From the NCBI GenBank assembly GCA_035650575.1, contig DASRHM010000048.1, positions 2,530-66,529 of the forward strand: a stretch of DNA of 64,000 nt, in the 5' to 3' direction. The notes under the pieces were generated by a model. It was not told where the DNA came from, did no database searches, and saw nothing but the letters and a program-made list of their open reading frames with translations. Of this stretch, positions 29,708-39,232 are shown piece by piece (within the stretch, counting starts at the first letter, position 1; each line of letters starts with the position of its first letter). The stretch comes from Dehalococcoidia bacterium (lineage in GTDB: Bacteria > Chloroflexota > Dehalococcoidia > DSTF01 > JACRBR01). The position numbers were made by a program, and so were the translations under genes.

Positions 29708-30505
29708 CTAGTCCCTCCGCCCCGCGCGGTTGATGCTCGCGGCGAGGTAGCCCGCCCCGAAGCCGTTGTCGATGTTCACGACCCCCACGCCGGACGCGCA
29801 GGAGTTGAGCATCGCAAGCAGCGCGGCGAGGCCGCCGAAGCTCGCGCCGTAGCCGACCGAGGTTGGCACCGCGATCACCGGCGCCGCGAGCAGCCCCGCG
29901 ACGACGCTCGGCAGCGCGCCCTCCATCCCGGCGACGACGACGACGACGCGCGCCTGCTGCAGTTGCGGCACGTGCTCCAGCAGCCGGTGCAGGCCCGCGA
30001 CGCCCACGTCGTAGATGCGCTCGACCTCGTTGCCGATGATCTCCGCCGTGATCGCGGCCTCTTCGGCCACCGGCAGGTCGGCGGTGCCGGCGCAGACGAC
30101 GGTGATCCCCGCGAGCCGCGCCGCCGGGATCCGCTCGACGGTCAGGCAGCGGGCGAGCTCGTGATGGCGGGCGTCCGGGATCTCGGCCAGCACGGCGGCC
30201 GCGGCCTCCGGCGAGGCGCGCGTGATCAGCAGCCGGTCGGCCCGGTCGAGGACCGAGCGCGCGATCGAAGCGACCTGCGCCGGCGTCTTGCCCTCGCCGA
30301 GGATGACCTCCGGCATGTTGTCGCGCAGGCCGCGGTGGTGGTCCACCTTCGCGAAGCCGAGGTCCTCGAAGGGCATGCGGCGCAGCTCGTCGACCGCGGC
30401 CTGGACGTCGGTGCGGCCGGCGGCGACGGAGTCCAGGAGCTCGCGCAGGCGGCGCTCTTCGATGGTGCATCCCTCCCGCGGCGCTGTCGGATGAAATGAT
30501 AGCAA
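29708..30505 (-). CDS. larB: LarB-type PurE-like carboxylase/hydrolase (nickel-pincer cofactor biosynthesis)
   Basis: N-terminus MPFEDLGFAKVDHHRGLR plus PurE-like core (VVVAGMEGALPSVVAGL...PVIAVPTSVGYGA). Start is uncertain: TTG 30505 (AAGGA upstream) or ATG 30574. Confidence 0.7.
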   Translation of the reverse strand: MLSFHPTAPREGCTIEERRLRELLDSVAAGRTDVQAAVDELRRMPFEDLGFAKVDHHRGLRDNMPEVILGEGKTPAQVASIARSVLDRADRLLITRASPEAAAAVLAEIPDARHHELARCLTVERIPAARLAGITVVCAGTADLPVAEEAAITAEIIGNEVERIYDVGVAGLHRLLEHVPQLQQARVVVVVAGMEGALPSVVAGLLAAPVIAVPTSVGYGASFGGLAALLAMLNSCASGVGVVNIDNGFGAGYLAASINRAGRRD

Positions 30506-30572
30506 CGCCTTCCTTGACGGCGCCCGGATGGGCGTTTGCCCGGCATAACGTGTCCAGTCGATACTCAGCGCC

Positions 30573-31337
30573 ATGCGGATGCGGGGGATCACGCGGGCAA
30601 CGGCGGTCGTGGCGCCGCTCATCCTCTGGGTGGGAGTGGTGGTCGCGCTCGTCTGGCTCGCGCGCCGCGTGGACGGCACCTACTACCTCGACCTGGACAA
30701 GACGCTGCTGATGAAGGTGCAGCGGCTGGACCGCTTCGCCTGGGCGGGCCCCACCTTCGATGCCGTGAACGTGCTCGGCACATCCGCGGTGCTCGGCGGC
30801 GTCGCGCTCGCGGCGTTCGCCGTGCTGGCGCTGCGCGGGGAGCGGCTGCCAGCGCTCCTCTTCGCCGGCGCGCTGCCGATGCGCTACGTGCAGCTCCTGC
30901 TCCGCGACCTGATCAACCGCCCGTTCGACTTCGACCGCAAGCCGCTGCCGGCGCGGCTCGTCGGCGAGGACAGCTTCCCGAGCGGGCACGTCGTCGGCGA
31001 GGTGATCATCTACGGGCTCGTCTTCGCGTTCGCGGACCGGCTCGTGCCATGGCGGCCGCTCTCGGCGCTGCTGCGCGCGGCCTGCCTCGCCGCGATCGTG
31101 CTCGGCGCGCCGGCGCGCATGTACACGGGCGCCCACTGGCCCACCGACGTCGCCGGCGGCGTGCTGCTCGGGCTGGCGTACCTGATCCCCGCGCTTTGGT
31201 GCGAAGCGCGGGCCGGCGAGGCACGGCGGGGGCGCGACCGCGAGCTCGCGCGCGACGCGGGGCTCGTGCGCGCGAAGGAAGCCGCGCCGCGGCCGCCCGG
31301 GCCGCCGCCGGACGCCGCGCCGGTCACGCGCCGATGA
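30573..31337 (+). CDS. PAP2-family phosphatase (membrane)
   Basis: Motifs PSGH, HWPTDVAGG and RKPLPAR. Several TM helices. Confidence 0.7.
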   Translation: MRMRGITRATAVVAPLILWVGVVVALVWLARRVDGTYYLDLDKTLLMKVQRLDRFAWAGPTFDAVNVLGTSAVLGGVALAAFAVLALRGERLPALLFAGALPMRYVQLLLRDLINRPFDFDRKPLPARLVGEDSFPSGHVVGEVIIYGLVFAFADRLVPWRPLSALLRAACLAAIVLGAPARMYTGAHWPTDVAGGVLLGLAYLIPALWCEARAGEARRGRDRELARDAGLVRAKEAAPRPPGPPPDAAPVTRR

Positions 31338-32769
31338 GCTCGCGTCCGGCCTGCAGCACCTTCGGCACCAGCGACTCGTCGCCCACGACTTCGGTGTAGA
31401 TGCGCACGAGCGGCTCCGTGCCGCTGAAGCGCAGCAGCAGCCATCCCTTGTCGGCGAGCGTGAACCGGAAGCCGTCGACGGTGTCGATGCCCGTCACCTT
31501 GATGCCGGCGATGCGGTCGGGGTGCGCCTCGCTCGCGCGCGTCCGGATCGCGTCGCGGTCCTCCGGCTTCAGCTCGATGTCGAGGCGGTCGTAGTAGTGC
31601 GGCCCGACCTTGTCGTACAGCTCGGCGAGCAGCTCGCTCGGGCGCTTGCCGGTACGCGCGACGAAATCGAGGAAGTAGAGCCCGGCGAGGATGCCGTCGC
31701 GCTCGGGGACGTGGCCGCGGAAGCCGTAGCCGCCGCTCTCCTCGCCGCCGATCAGCGCGTCGGTCTCCATCATCTTCGGGCCGAGGAACTTGAAGCCGAC
31801 CTGCGTCTCGTACACGGGCACGTGGTACAGCTCGCCCAGGCGCTGCACCATGCGCGTCGTGGTCACCGACTTGACGATCGGGCCACGCTCGCCGCGCACG
31901 TCGAGCAGGTAGAAGGCGAGCAGGGCGAAGACCTGGAGCTGGTTGATGAAGTTGCCGCGCTCGTCGGCGATGCCGACGCGGTCCGAGTCGCCGTCCGTCG
32001 CGATGCCGATGTCGAACCCGCCGCCGGCCATCAGCGCGCTCAACTCCTGCAGGTTGCGCGCGATCGGCTCCGGCGCGTGGATGCCCGGGAAGGCGGGGTT
32101 GCGCACGCCGTGCAGCTCCGTGAGCGTCGCCGTCCCGCCTTCGAGCAGCGACGCGAGGTAGCCGGCGCCGGTGCCGTACATCGCGTCGTAGGCGACGCGC
32201 AGCCCGCTCGCGCGCAGGCGGTCGAGGTCGACGAGGTTGGCGAGCCCGCGCAGGTAGGCGCCGCGCGCGTCGAACAGCTCCACCCGCCCGTCGCGCTTCG
32301 CCTGCTCGAAGTCCACCCGCGCGATGGGGTTCGCGACGATCTCCGGAAGCGGCGCCTCGATCTCCGCGACGATCTCCGGGGCGGCGCTGCCGCCGTAGTG
32401 CGGCTTGTACTTGAACCCGTTCCAGCGCCAGGGGTTGTGGCTCGCCGTGATCACGACGCCGCCGCCCGCCTTGCGGTCGATGATCGAGTAGCTGACGGCA
32501 GGCGTCGGCACGTGCGTGTTGCTGAGCAGCACCTTGATCCCCTGCGCCGCGACCACCTCCGCTACGGCCGCCGCGAAGTCCTCGGACGCGAAGCGCGTGT
32601 CGTAACCGACGATCAGCCCCTGGCCGTCGAGATGGTGCGCCTTCAGGAAGCGCGCGACGCTGGCCGCGCAGGCCCGCACGTTGTCGAACGTGTAGTCCTC
32701 GGCGATGACGGCGCGCCAGCCGTCGGTGCCGAACTTGATGACGGTCGCCGGACGGGACTCCGTGGTCAT
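31324..32769 (-). CDS. phosphoglucomutase/phosphomannomutase family protein
   Basis: IKFGTDGWRA, TASHNP and GGEESGG motifs. Start taken at MTTESRPATV. Confidence 0.85.
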   Translation of the reverse strand: MTTESRPATVIKFGTDGWRAVIAEDYTFDNVRACAASVARFLKAHHLDGQGLIVGYDTRFASEDFAAAVAEVVAAQGIKVLLSNTHVPTPAVSYSIIDRKAGGGVVITASHNPWRWNGFKYKPHYGGSAAPEIVAEIEAPLPEIVANPIARVDFEQAKRDGRVELFDARGAYLRGLANLVDLDRLRASGLRVAYDAMYGTGAGYLASLLEGGTATLTELHGVRNPAFPGIHAPEPIARNLQELSALMAGGGFDIGIATDGDSDRVGIADERGNFINQLQVFALLAFYLLDVRGERGPIVKSVTTTRMVQRLGELYHVPVYETQVGFKFLGPKMMETDALIGGEESGGYGFRGHVPERDGILAGLYFLDFVARTGKRPSELLAELYDKVGPHYYDRLDIELKPEDRDAIRTRASEAHPDRIAGIKVTGIDTVDGFRFTLADKGWLLLRFSGTEPLVRIYTEVVGDESLVPKVLQAGRELIGA

Positions 32770-32931
32770 GGGGTGGTGCGCCTCGTGCGATTCGTGCGGG
32801 CCGGGAGCGCGCACGCGCGCGCGCCTAACCGTCGCACGCGCGGGCGTTGAGGGCAATTCCGCGACCGCGCGGAAGCGGCGGCGCCCCTCGTGTTCGCGAG
32901 GGGCGCCGATGGCGGGTTGCCCGGGCTGCGG

Positions 32932-34047
32932 TTAGCGGCGCGCGGCGACCTTCGCCTTCGCGGCGGCCTTCGCCGAGCCAGCGCCGTTGCGCTTCGCGGC
33001 GGCGGCGCCGTTCGCGCTGCGCGCCGCGGTCCGCGGCGACTTGCCGGAGGCCTCGAACGCGCCGCACACGGTCTCCGTGATCAGCCGCGTCACCACGTAG
33101 GGGTCGCAGTTCGCGTTCGGCCGGCGGTCCTCGATGTAGCCCTTGCGCTCCTTGGCCACCTGCCAGGGGATGCGGACCGACGCGCCGCGGTCCGAGACGC
33201 CGTACTTGAACTCCTTGTACGAGCACGTCTCGTGGAGCCCGGTGAGGCGCTCCTCGATCGCGTAGCCGTAGTTCTGGATGTGCAGGTCGTGCTTCTTGCC
33301 GAGCGCTTCCGCCGCGGCGACGCACGCGTCGTAGGAGCGGCGCATCTCCGCGGTCGAGAAGTTGGTGTGCGCGCCGGCGCCGTTCCAGTCGCCCTTGATC
33401 GGCTTCGGGTAGAGCGTCGCGCTGGCGCCGAAGTCCTCGGCGATGCGGTAGAGGAGCCAGCGGGCGAGCCAGAGCTGGTCCGCGACCTCGACGGGCCCGA
33501 CGGGGCCGATCTGGAACTCCCACTGCGCGGGCATCACCTCGGCGTTGATGCCGGAGATCGCGAGGCCGGCCTGCATGCACGCTTCCATGTGCGCCTCGAC
33601 GATGTCGCGTCCGAAGACCTCGTCCGCGCCGACGCCGCAGTAGTAGCCGCCCTGCGGCGCGGGGAAGCCGTTGTCCGGCCACCCGAGCGGCTTCGCGCCG
33701 TCGAAGAACGTGTACTCCTGCTCGATGCCGAACCAGGCGTCGTGCGACTTGTACTTCTTCGCCGTCTCGACGCAGGCCGCGCGCGTGTTCGTCGGGTGCG
33801 GCGTCATGTCCGTGAGCAGCACTTCGGCGAGCACGAGCTTGTGCGGGCCGCCGCGCAGCGGGTCCGGGCAGACGAACACGGGGTTGAGGACGCAGTCCGA
33901 GTTCTTGCCCGGCGCCTGGTTCGTGCTCGAACCGTCGAAGCCCCAGATCGGCGGCTTCTGCCCGTCCGGGACGATCTTCGTCTTCGAGCGCAGCTTCGCG
34001 GTCGGCTTCGTGCCGTCGATCCAGATGTACTCGGCCTTGTAGCTCAT
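32932..34047 (-). CDS. glnII: glutamine synthetase type II (eukaryote-like) with ~35-aa Ala/Lys-rich C-terminal tail
   Basis: MSYKAEYIWIDGTKPTAKLRSKTKI is the classic GSII N-terminus. GAGGTGGA lies before the ATG. The tail is ...AAAAKRNGAGSAKAAAKAKVAARR. Confidence 0.88.
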   Translation of the reverse strand: MSYKAEYIWIDGTKPTAKLRSKTKIVPDGQKPPIWGFDGSSTNQAPGKNSDCVLNPVFVCPDPLRGGPHKLVLAEVLLTDMTPHPTNTRAACVETAKKYKSHDAWFGIEQEYTFFDGAKPLGWPDNGFPAPQGGYYCGVGADEVFGRDIVEAHMEACMQAGLAISGINAEVMPAQWEFQIGPVGPVEVADQLWLARWLLYRIAEDFGASATLYPKPIKGDWNGAGAHTNFSTAEMRRSYDACVAAAEALGKKHDLHIQNYGYAIEERLTGLHETCSYKEFKYGVSDRGASVRIPWQVAKERKGYIEDRRPNANCDPYVVTRLITETVCGAFEASGKSPRTAARSANGAAAAKRNGAGSAKAAAKAKVAARR

Positions 34048-34237
34048 CGATCCACCTCTGTGCTGGTGTGCTGGCGCCGGCGGCGGTCCAGGAAGCTCGC
34101 GCGGGGTTCGTGCCACCCGCGCGGCATCGCGGCGTACCGGCCGTTGTGTCGCGACAGCCGCAATAGTACACGGCCCGTGTTACGGGCATGTTATGCAACG
34201 GCGGCTACGCTGAGATTCGTCGAGAAAGGCGGATCAG

Positions 34238-34696
34238 ATGGGCGACGAACGCGACGAGCTGACCTACGAGGCGAGCAAGACCGGCTTCGACGGGCTGCGC
34301 GGCGGCCCGCCGGCCGCGCACCACCCGGGCACCGCGCGCTCCGACGGCGAGGACGCGGCCGCCGAGCCGGCCGGCCCGAACGCGGAGCCGGAGAAGAAGG
34401 AGCCGCCGCGCGGCGCCGCGCACGACGCCGGTGCGCCCGCGCAACCCGGCCCGCGGGCGCCGGAGCGCCTCGCCGCGGCCGCGCCGCAGCGTCGGATGGC
34501 CGACGCGCCGGGCGGCGGCCAGCCGGACGGGCCCGACGGGGGCGGCCGCGCGCCGAAGACGAAGATCTGGGACGAGGCGAGCCAGCGCTACATGGAGCGC
34601 TTCAACCGCGACCGGAAGCAGGCGACGGACGCTGATTACCACGACCTCGGCACGAAGGGAGACGGCGTGACGCGCGGCGACGCCGGCGTCGACTGA
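34238..34696 (+). CDS. hypothetical acidic/low-complexity protein
   Basis: Strong GC3 bias. The opposite strand is Arg/Leu noise. No family recognised. Confidence 0.4.
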   Translation: MGDERDELTYEASKTGFDGLRGGPPAAHHPGTARSDGEDAAAEPAGPNAEPEKKEPPRGAAHDAGAPAQPGPRAPERLAAAAPQRRMADAPGGGQPDGPDGGGRAPKTKIWDEASQRYMERFNRDRKQATDADYHDLGTKGDGVTRGDAGVD

Positions 34697-34703
34697 GCTT
34701 CGC

Positions 34704-35858
34704 TCAGGGCCGGTAGATCGGCCCGAGCTGCACGACCTCGAACGCCGAGCCCGGGACGGTCTTGAGCTGGTCGAGGTCGGCGTCGTCCCAGCGCGGGTCG
34801 GGCGCCCCGGTGATGAACCAGCTCGTCCCCTGGTCGGCGACGATCATGCCGTACTTCTTCAGCGCCTCCAGGATCACGCGCGCGTGCCCGTGGTACGCGG
34901 AGGTGTCGAACGACGCCTTGAGGCGCAGCCGCGCGCCGTACGGCGGGCGGTTGACGTCGCTGCTCGTGCCGTAGTGCGTCGCCGGGTGCACCCACGCGCG
35001 CTGCACCGTGCCGACGGTGAAGCGCAGCGCGTGGTTGATCGCGCCCGCCTGCACTTCGTCGTACCGGGCGAGCCCGGCGAAGATCGGCAGGCCGGCGGCG
35101 TCGGCTGACGTCCACGAATCGGGGCGGAGCGCGTTCGAGTTCAGGTCGAAGATCGCGCCGGAGCCCGCGTCCCAGCCTGCGCCCGCCTGTTGCGCCGCGT
35201 ACAACTCGTACACCTTGCACGTGCCCTGCTGCAGCGCGATGACGTGCGCGTCGCCGGCGCCGCCGCCCTCCACCGGCGCGTTGAGCGGGACGGGCATCGG
35301 GCCGGGGTCGCTCTCGTCGCCGTACATGGTGTAGGTGATCGGCACGAGCGCCTGCGTCTGCGGGACGATCACGTAGGGGATGCCGTAGTCCGGGTTCGAG
35401 CCGAAGTCCGCGTGCAGGAAGCCGTTGCCACTCTGCATGATGCTGGCGATGTAGTTCGCCGAGTTCGCGTCCACCGGCAGAGCGGAGATGTCCTGGTTCC
35501 ACGGGTTGTCCGCCGGGAAGACGTAGCAGCCGCCGGCGATGGGCCGCCCGCCGGGGACCGGCGTCGCCGTCGGGATCGGCACGACGGTCTCGCCGCGCGG
35601 GATCGAGACGCGCACCGGCGTTGCGGTCGCGAGGGCGACGACGGGCTCCCGCGTCGGCGTGCTCGTGCCGGTGGGCGTCGCCGTCGCGGTGTCCGCCGGC
35701 GCGACGGTCGCGGTGCCGGTGTCCGGGGCGTCGAGCCCGATCGGGCCGCCGCCGGAGCCGGGGAGCAGCAGGCACGCCGAAGCCGCCGCGAGCGCCACGG
35801 CGGTGAGCAGCAGGACGGCGATCGAGCGGGGCGGGTGCCCCGCAACCAGATGTCCCAT
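34704..35858 (-). CDS. secreted protein: signal peptide, Pro/Thr-rich linker, globular C-terminal domain of unknown function
   Basis: MGHLVAGHPPRSIAVLLLTAVALAAASAC signal. ATPT/TPV linker. Start is uncertain; in-frame ATGs at 35926 and 35959 are also possible. Confidence 0.55.
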   Translation of the reverse strand: MGHLVAGHPPRSIAVLLLTAVALAAASACLLLPGSGGGPIGLDAPDTGTATVAPADTATATPTGTSTPTREPVVALATATPVRVSIPRGETVVPIPTATPVPGGRPIAGGCYVFPADNPWNQDISALPVDANSANYIASIMQSGNGFLHADFGSNPDYGIPYVIVPQTQALVPITYTMYGDESDPGPMPVPLNAPVEGGGAGDAHVIALQQGTCKVYELYAAQQAGAGWDAGSGAIFDLNSNALRPDSWTSADAAGLPIFAGLARYDEVQAGAINHALRFTVGTVQRAWVHPATHYGTSSDVNRPPYGARLRLKASFDTSAYHGHARVILEALKKYGMIVADQGTSWFITGAPDPRWDDADLDQLKTVPGSAFEVVQLGPIYRP

Positions 35859-36011
35859 CGAGTCCGTCGGCGTGCGGCCTCCCCGCGGGACCGTCCCCCG
35901 GGCGCTGCGCGAACCCCCCGCGCTCATGATCGGCGCGCGGTGCCCGGACCTGTGAGCCATGCCAGGCAGCTTCGGGCTCCCGCGTTCCGCAGCGGCGTGC
36001 GAGAATCGCGC

Positions 36012-36371
36012 ATGCCGGTGCCGGATTCCCTCGCCGCCGAGGACTACTGCTATCTCCTGACGACCGGGCGCGTCACCGGCAAGCAGCGCACGACCGAGAT
36101 CTGGTTCGCCATCGACGGGGACACGCTGTACATGCTCTCCGGCGGGCGCGAGCGCTCGGACCGGGTGAAGAACGCGCGCAAGACGCCGGCGGTGAAGGTG
36201 CGCATCGGCCGGCGCACGTTCGCCGGGACGGCGCGGCTGCCGCGCGGGCCGGAAGATGCGCGGGCGCGGCGGCTCGTCGCGGGCAAGTACCGCGCGCGCG
36301 GCCACCGCGATCTCGACGAGTGGGAGCGCGACGCGCTCGTCGTCGCGGTGGACCTGCAGATCGGAAGATGA
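36012..36371 (+). CDS. PPOX-class / DUF385-like (deazaflavin-dependent nitroreductase-like) small protein
   Basis: YCYLLTTGRVTGKQRTTEIWFAIDGDTLYMLSGG resembles the Ddn/DUF385 N-terminus. The long upstream extension is noise. Confidence 0.45.
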   Translation: MPVPDSLAAEDYCYLLTTGRVTGKQRTTEIWFAIDGDTLYMLSGGRERSDRVKNARKTPAVKVRIGRRTFAGTARLPRGPEDARARRLVAGKYRARGHRDLDEWERDALVVAVDLQIGR

Positions 36372-36469
36372 GCCGGGCGGTGTCCCCCGGTTCAAGCTCC
36401 ATCGCGACGCGCTGGTGAGCAGCACAGATGCGATGGCGCGGGGGCGGGCTTCCCGCCGAAGGAGACGAT

Positions 36470-37030
36470 ATGGCGCGCGTACGGCTCAACGAGACGCGGG
36501 ACCTGCCGGAGGAGCACCGGCGCATCTTCGAGCGCATGGAAGAGCGCCAGGGCGGCGTCCTCAACATCTTCCGCGCGCTCTCGCACTGCCCGGAGCCCAT
36601 GCGGCGCTTCATGCGCCTCGGCAGCTGGCTGCTCGAAGAGGGGCGCCTCTCGCCCGCGCTCCGCGAGCTGGCGATTCTCCGCGCCGGCTGGGAGTGCCGC
36701 TCGCGCTACGAGTTCTCCCAGCACGTGTCGTTCGCACGCCGTGCGGGGCTCACCGAGGCGCAGATCCGCGGCGTCGGCGACCCGACGATCCAGCTCTTCG
36801 ACCCGCAGCAGATGGCGGTGCTGGCGTTCGCCGGCGAGCTCTCGCGCGACGCCGCGGTGTCCGACGCGACCTGGTCCGCCGCCGCGTCGTTCTTCGACGA
36901 GGCGGAGATGGTCGAGCTGGCGATGGTCACCGCGTACTACAACATGGTCTCACGGATGCTCAACGCGCTCGAGGTGGAGCTCGACGCGCGGGCGGCGGCG
37001 GACTTCGAGGCGGTCGGCGCCCCGTTCTGA
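36470..37030 (+). CDS. carboxymuconolactone decarboxylase family (AhpD-like) protein
   Basis: GAAGGAGA lies before ATG 36470. CMD core motif around ...CPEPMRRFMRLG. Confidence 0.6.
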   Translation: MARVRLNETRDLPEEHRRIFERMEERQGGVLNIFRALSHCPEPMRRFMRLGSWLLEEGRLSPALRELAILRAGWECRSRYEFSQHVSFARRAGLTEAQIRGVGDPTIQLFDPQQMAVLAFAGELSRDAAVSDATWSAAASFFDEAEMVELAMVTAYYNMVSRMLNALEVELDARAAADFEAVGAPF

Positions 37031-37109
37031 TCCGGAGGGCTGGCGGCGGCCGGCGGCCGCCGCCGTGGGATTGGCGCGCGCCAACGGTCACCCGTCCGCG
37101 CGAATCGGC

Positions 37110-37147
37110 GTAACGCAAGGATCACGCTCACGAAACTTGGCCGTAAC
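37110..37147. promoter_or_regulatory. GlnR-box-like operator upstream of amt
   Basis: GTAAC-n6-ATCAC-n6-GAAAC-n6-GTAAC with exact 11-bp register, about 55-90 nt upstream of ATG 37202. Confidence 0.5.
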
Positions 37148-37201
37148 ACGACACGGCTACGCTCCCGCCATCCGAAACGTGCACAGCGGGAGTGAGAGAG
37201 C

Positions 37202-38575
37202 ATGACCGACCTTTCTTCGGGCGATACGGCATGGGTGCTGGCCGCATCGGCGCTGGTGCTCTTCATGACGCCCGGGCTGGCGTTCTTCTACGGCGGGCTC
37301 GTCCGCAACAAGAACGTGCTCGGGACGATCATGCAGAGCTTCATCGTCATGGGGCTGGTCGGCGTGCTATGGGTCGTCATCGGCTACACGCTGGCCTTCG
37401 GGCCTGACGTCAAGGGCTGGGGGATCATCGGCAACCTGGACCACTTCGGGCTGAAGGACGTCGGCGCCGTCGGCGACTCGCAGGCTGGCCCGGGGATCCC
37501 GGCCGAAGCATTCATGATCTTCCAGGCGATGTTCGCAATCATCACGCCGGCGCTGATCACCGGCGCCTTCGCCGAGCGGGCGAAGTTCGGCCCGTTCCTG
37601 CTGTTCATGGCGGCGTGGTCGCTGCTGGTCTACGCGCCCGTGGCGCACTGGGTGTTCGCGGTCGACGGCTGGATCGCCCACGACGTGAAGGGCGTGGACT
37701 TCGCCGGCGGCACGGCGATCCACGTGAACGCGGGCGCCGCGGCGCTGGCGGCGGCGTTGATGTTCGGGCGTCGCAAGGGGTTCAAGGAAGAGCCGATGGA
37801 GCCGCACGACATCACGATGGTGGTGCTCGGGGCGAGCATCCTCTGGTTCGGCTGGTTCGGGTTCAACGCCGGCAGCGCGGGCGCGGCGAGCCCGGTGGCC
37901 GTCAACGCGTTCACGGTGACGAACACCGCGGCGGCCGCCGCGGCGCTGGCCTGGACCGGCATGGCGTGGCTGCTCACCGGCAAGCCGAGCGTCGTCGGCG
38001 CGGCGGCGGGCGCCGTCGCGGGGCTGGTCGCGATCACGCCGGCGTCCGGCTACGTGCAGCCGATGGAGTCGATCGCGATCGGGGGCATCGCGGGTGTGCT
38101 GTGCTTCCTGGCCGTGCAGTGGCGCACGCGCAGCTCGATCGATGACTCGCTCGATGTCGTGGCGGTGCACGGCGTCGGCGGGCTCACCGGCGCGCTGCTG
38201 ACCGGGGTGTTCTGCGTCGCCGCGGCGACCACCGGCGCCAATGCGCTGGGGCACGGCGTCGACGGTCTGACGCACGGCGGCGGCTTCGACCAGCTCGGCC
38301 GGCAGGCGCTCGGCGTGCTCGCGGTCGCCCCGTACTCGTTCGTCATGACGTTCGCGATTCTCAAGGTGCTCGACCTGGTGTTCGGCATCCGCGTGAGCGA
38401 GGACGACGAGGTCGCGGGCCTCGACGTGTCCCAGCACGGCGAGCGCGCGTACATCTTCGGCGGCAGCGGCCCGGTGCTCGGCATCCCGGAGGCGATCCCG
38501 GTGCACACGCACGATGGGCGGCCGGCGACGGCGGCGGAGCACGCGTTGCAGACGAATCCCGGCGCGGCGCAGTAA
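37202..38575 (+). CDS. amt: ammonium transporter
   Basis: 457 aa, 11-12 TM helices. Amt signatures (DFAGGTAIH, FGFNAGSA). Confidence 0.92.
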   Translation: MTDLSSGDTAWVLAASALVLFMTPGLAFFYGGLVRNKNVLGTIMQSFIVMGLVGVLWVVIGYTLAFGPDVKGWGIIGNLDHFGLKDVGAVGDSQAGPGIPAEAFMIFQAMFAIITPALITGAFAERAKFGPFLLFMAAWSLLVYAPVAHWVFAVDGWIAHDVKGVDFAGGTAIHVNAGAAALAAALMFGRRKGFKEEPMEPHDITMVVLGASILWFGWFGFNAGSAGAASPVAVNAFTVTNTAAAAAALAWTGMAWLLTGKPSVVGAAAGAVAGLVAITPASGYVQPMESIAIGGIAGVLCFLAVQWRTRSSIDDSLDVVAVHGVGGLTGALLTGVFCVAAATTGANALGHGVDGLTHGGGFDQLGRQALGVLAVAPYSFVMTFAILKVLDLVFGIRVSEDDEVAGLDVSQHGERAYIFGGSGPVLGIPEAIPVHTHDGRPATAAEHALQTNPGAAQ

Positions 38576-38590
38576 CGAAGGGACGCGAGG

Positions 38591-38932
38591 TTGAAAAAGA
38601 TCGAAGCGATCATCCGCCCGGAGAAGCTGGACGACGTGAAGCACGCCCTGGCGGAGAAGGGATTCATCGGGCTGAACATCGTCGGCGTGACGGGGCGCGG
38701 CGTGCAGAAGGGCATCGTGCACGCGGGGCGCGGCGCGCAGGCGTACAGCGTGGACATGCTGCCGAAGGTGAAGCTCGAGACGGTCGTCGAGGACAAGGAC
38801 GCCGACGACGTGGTGAGCATCATCCAGCAGGCCGCGTGGACCGGGAACATCGGCGACGGCAAGATCTTCGTGCTGCCGGTGGAGCAGGCCGTCCGGGTGC
38901 GGACGGGGGAGCGCGGCGGCGTCGCGATCTGA
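38591..38932 (+). CDS. glnK: P-II nitrogen regulatory protein
   Basis: MKKIEAIIRPEKLDDVKHAL... with T-loop RGVQKG (Tyr51 region). TTG start with GAGG upstream. Immediately downstream of amt. Confidence 0.9.
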   Translation: MKKIEAIIRPEKLDDVKHALAEKGFIGLNIVGVTGRGVQKGIVHAGRGAQAYSVDMLPKVKLETVVEDKDADDVVSIIQQAAWTGNIGDGKIFVLPVEQAVRVRTGERGGVAI

Positions 38933-38965
38933 CCGCCGCCGCGGCTGAACGAACGGACGAGGGCG

Positions 38966-39008
38966 GGCGCCCCGTGTCGCAGGAGCGGCACGGGGCGCCT
39001 TGCTTCTG
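38966..39008. terminator. rho-independent-type terminator after amt-glnK
   Basis: GGCGCCCCGTG-(12-nt loop)-CACGGGGCGCC followed by TTGCTTCTG. Confidence 0.55.
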
Positions 39009-39232
39009 CTGCGCGCATCCCCCCGCCGCCCGCAGCGTTGATCCCGGCGATCGCGCCTCGTACCCCATTCCTCCGGGATCGCGGATAACGCAGCAACAAG
39101 CGCCCCCGGCTGCGATTCTTGCCCGTAACGGGTGCCCGACTTAGGCTGATGCGCGCTGTCCGGGACTGCGCCGCGACGCGGCGGTCCTCCCCGGCGGCCT
39201 CACGCTGCAAACGAACCTGAAGGAGGCGTACT

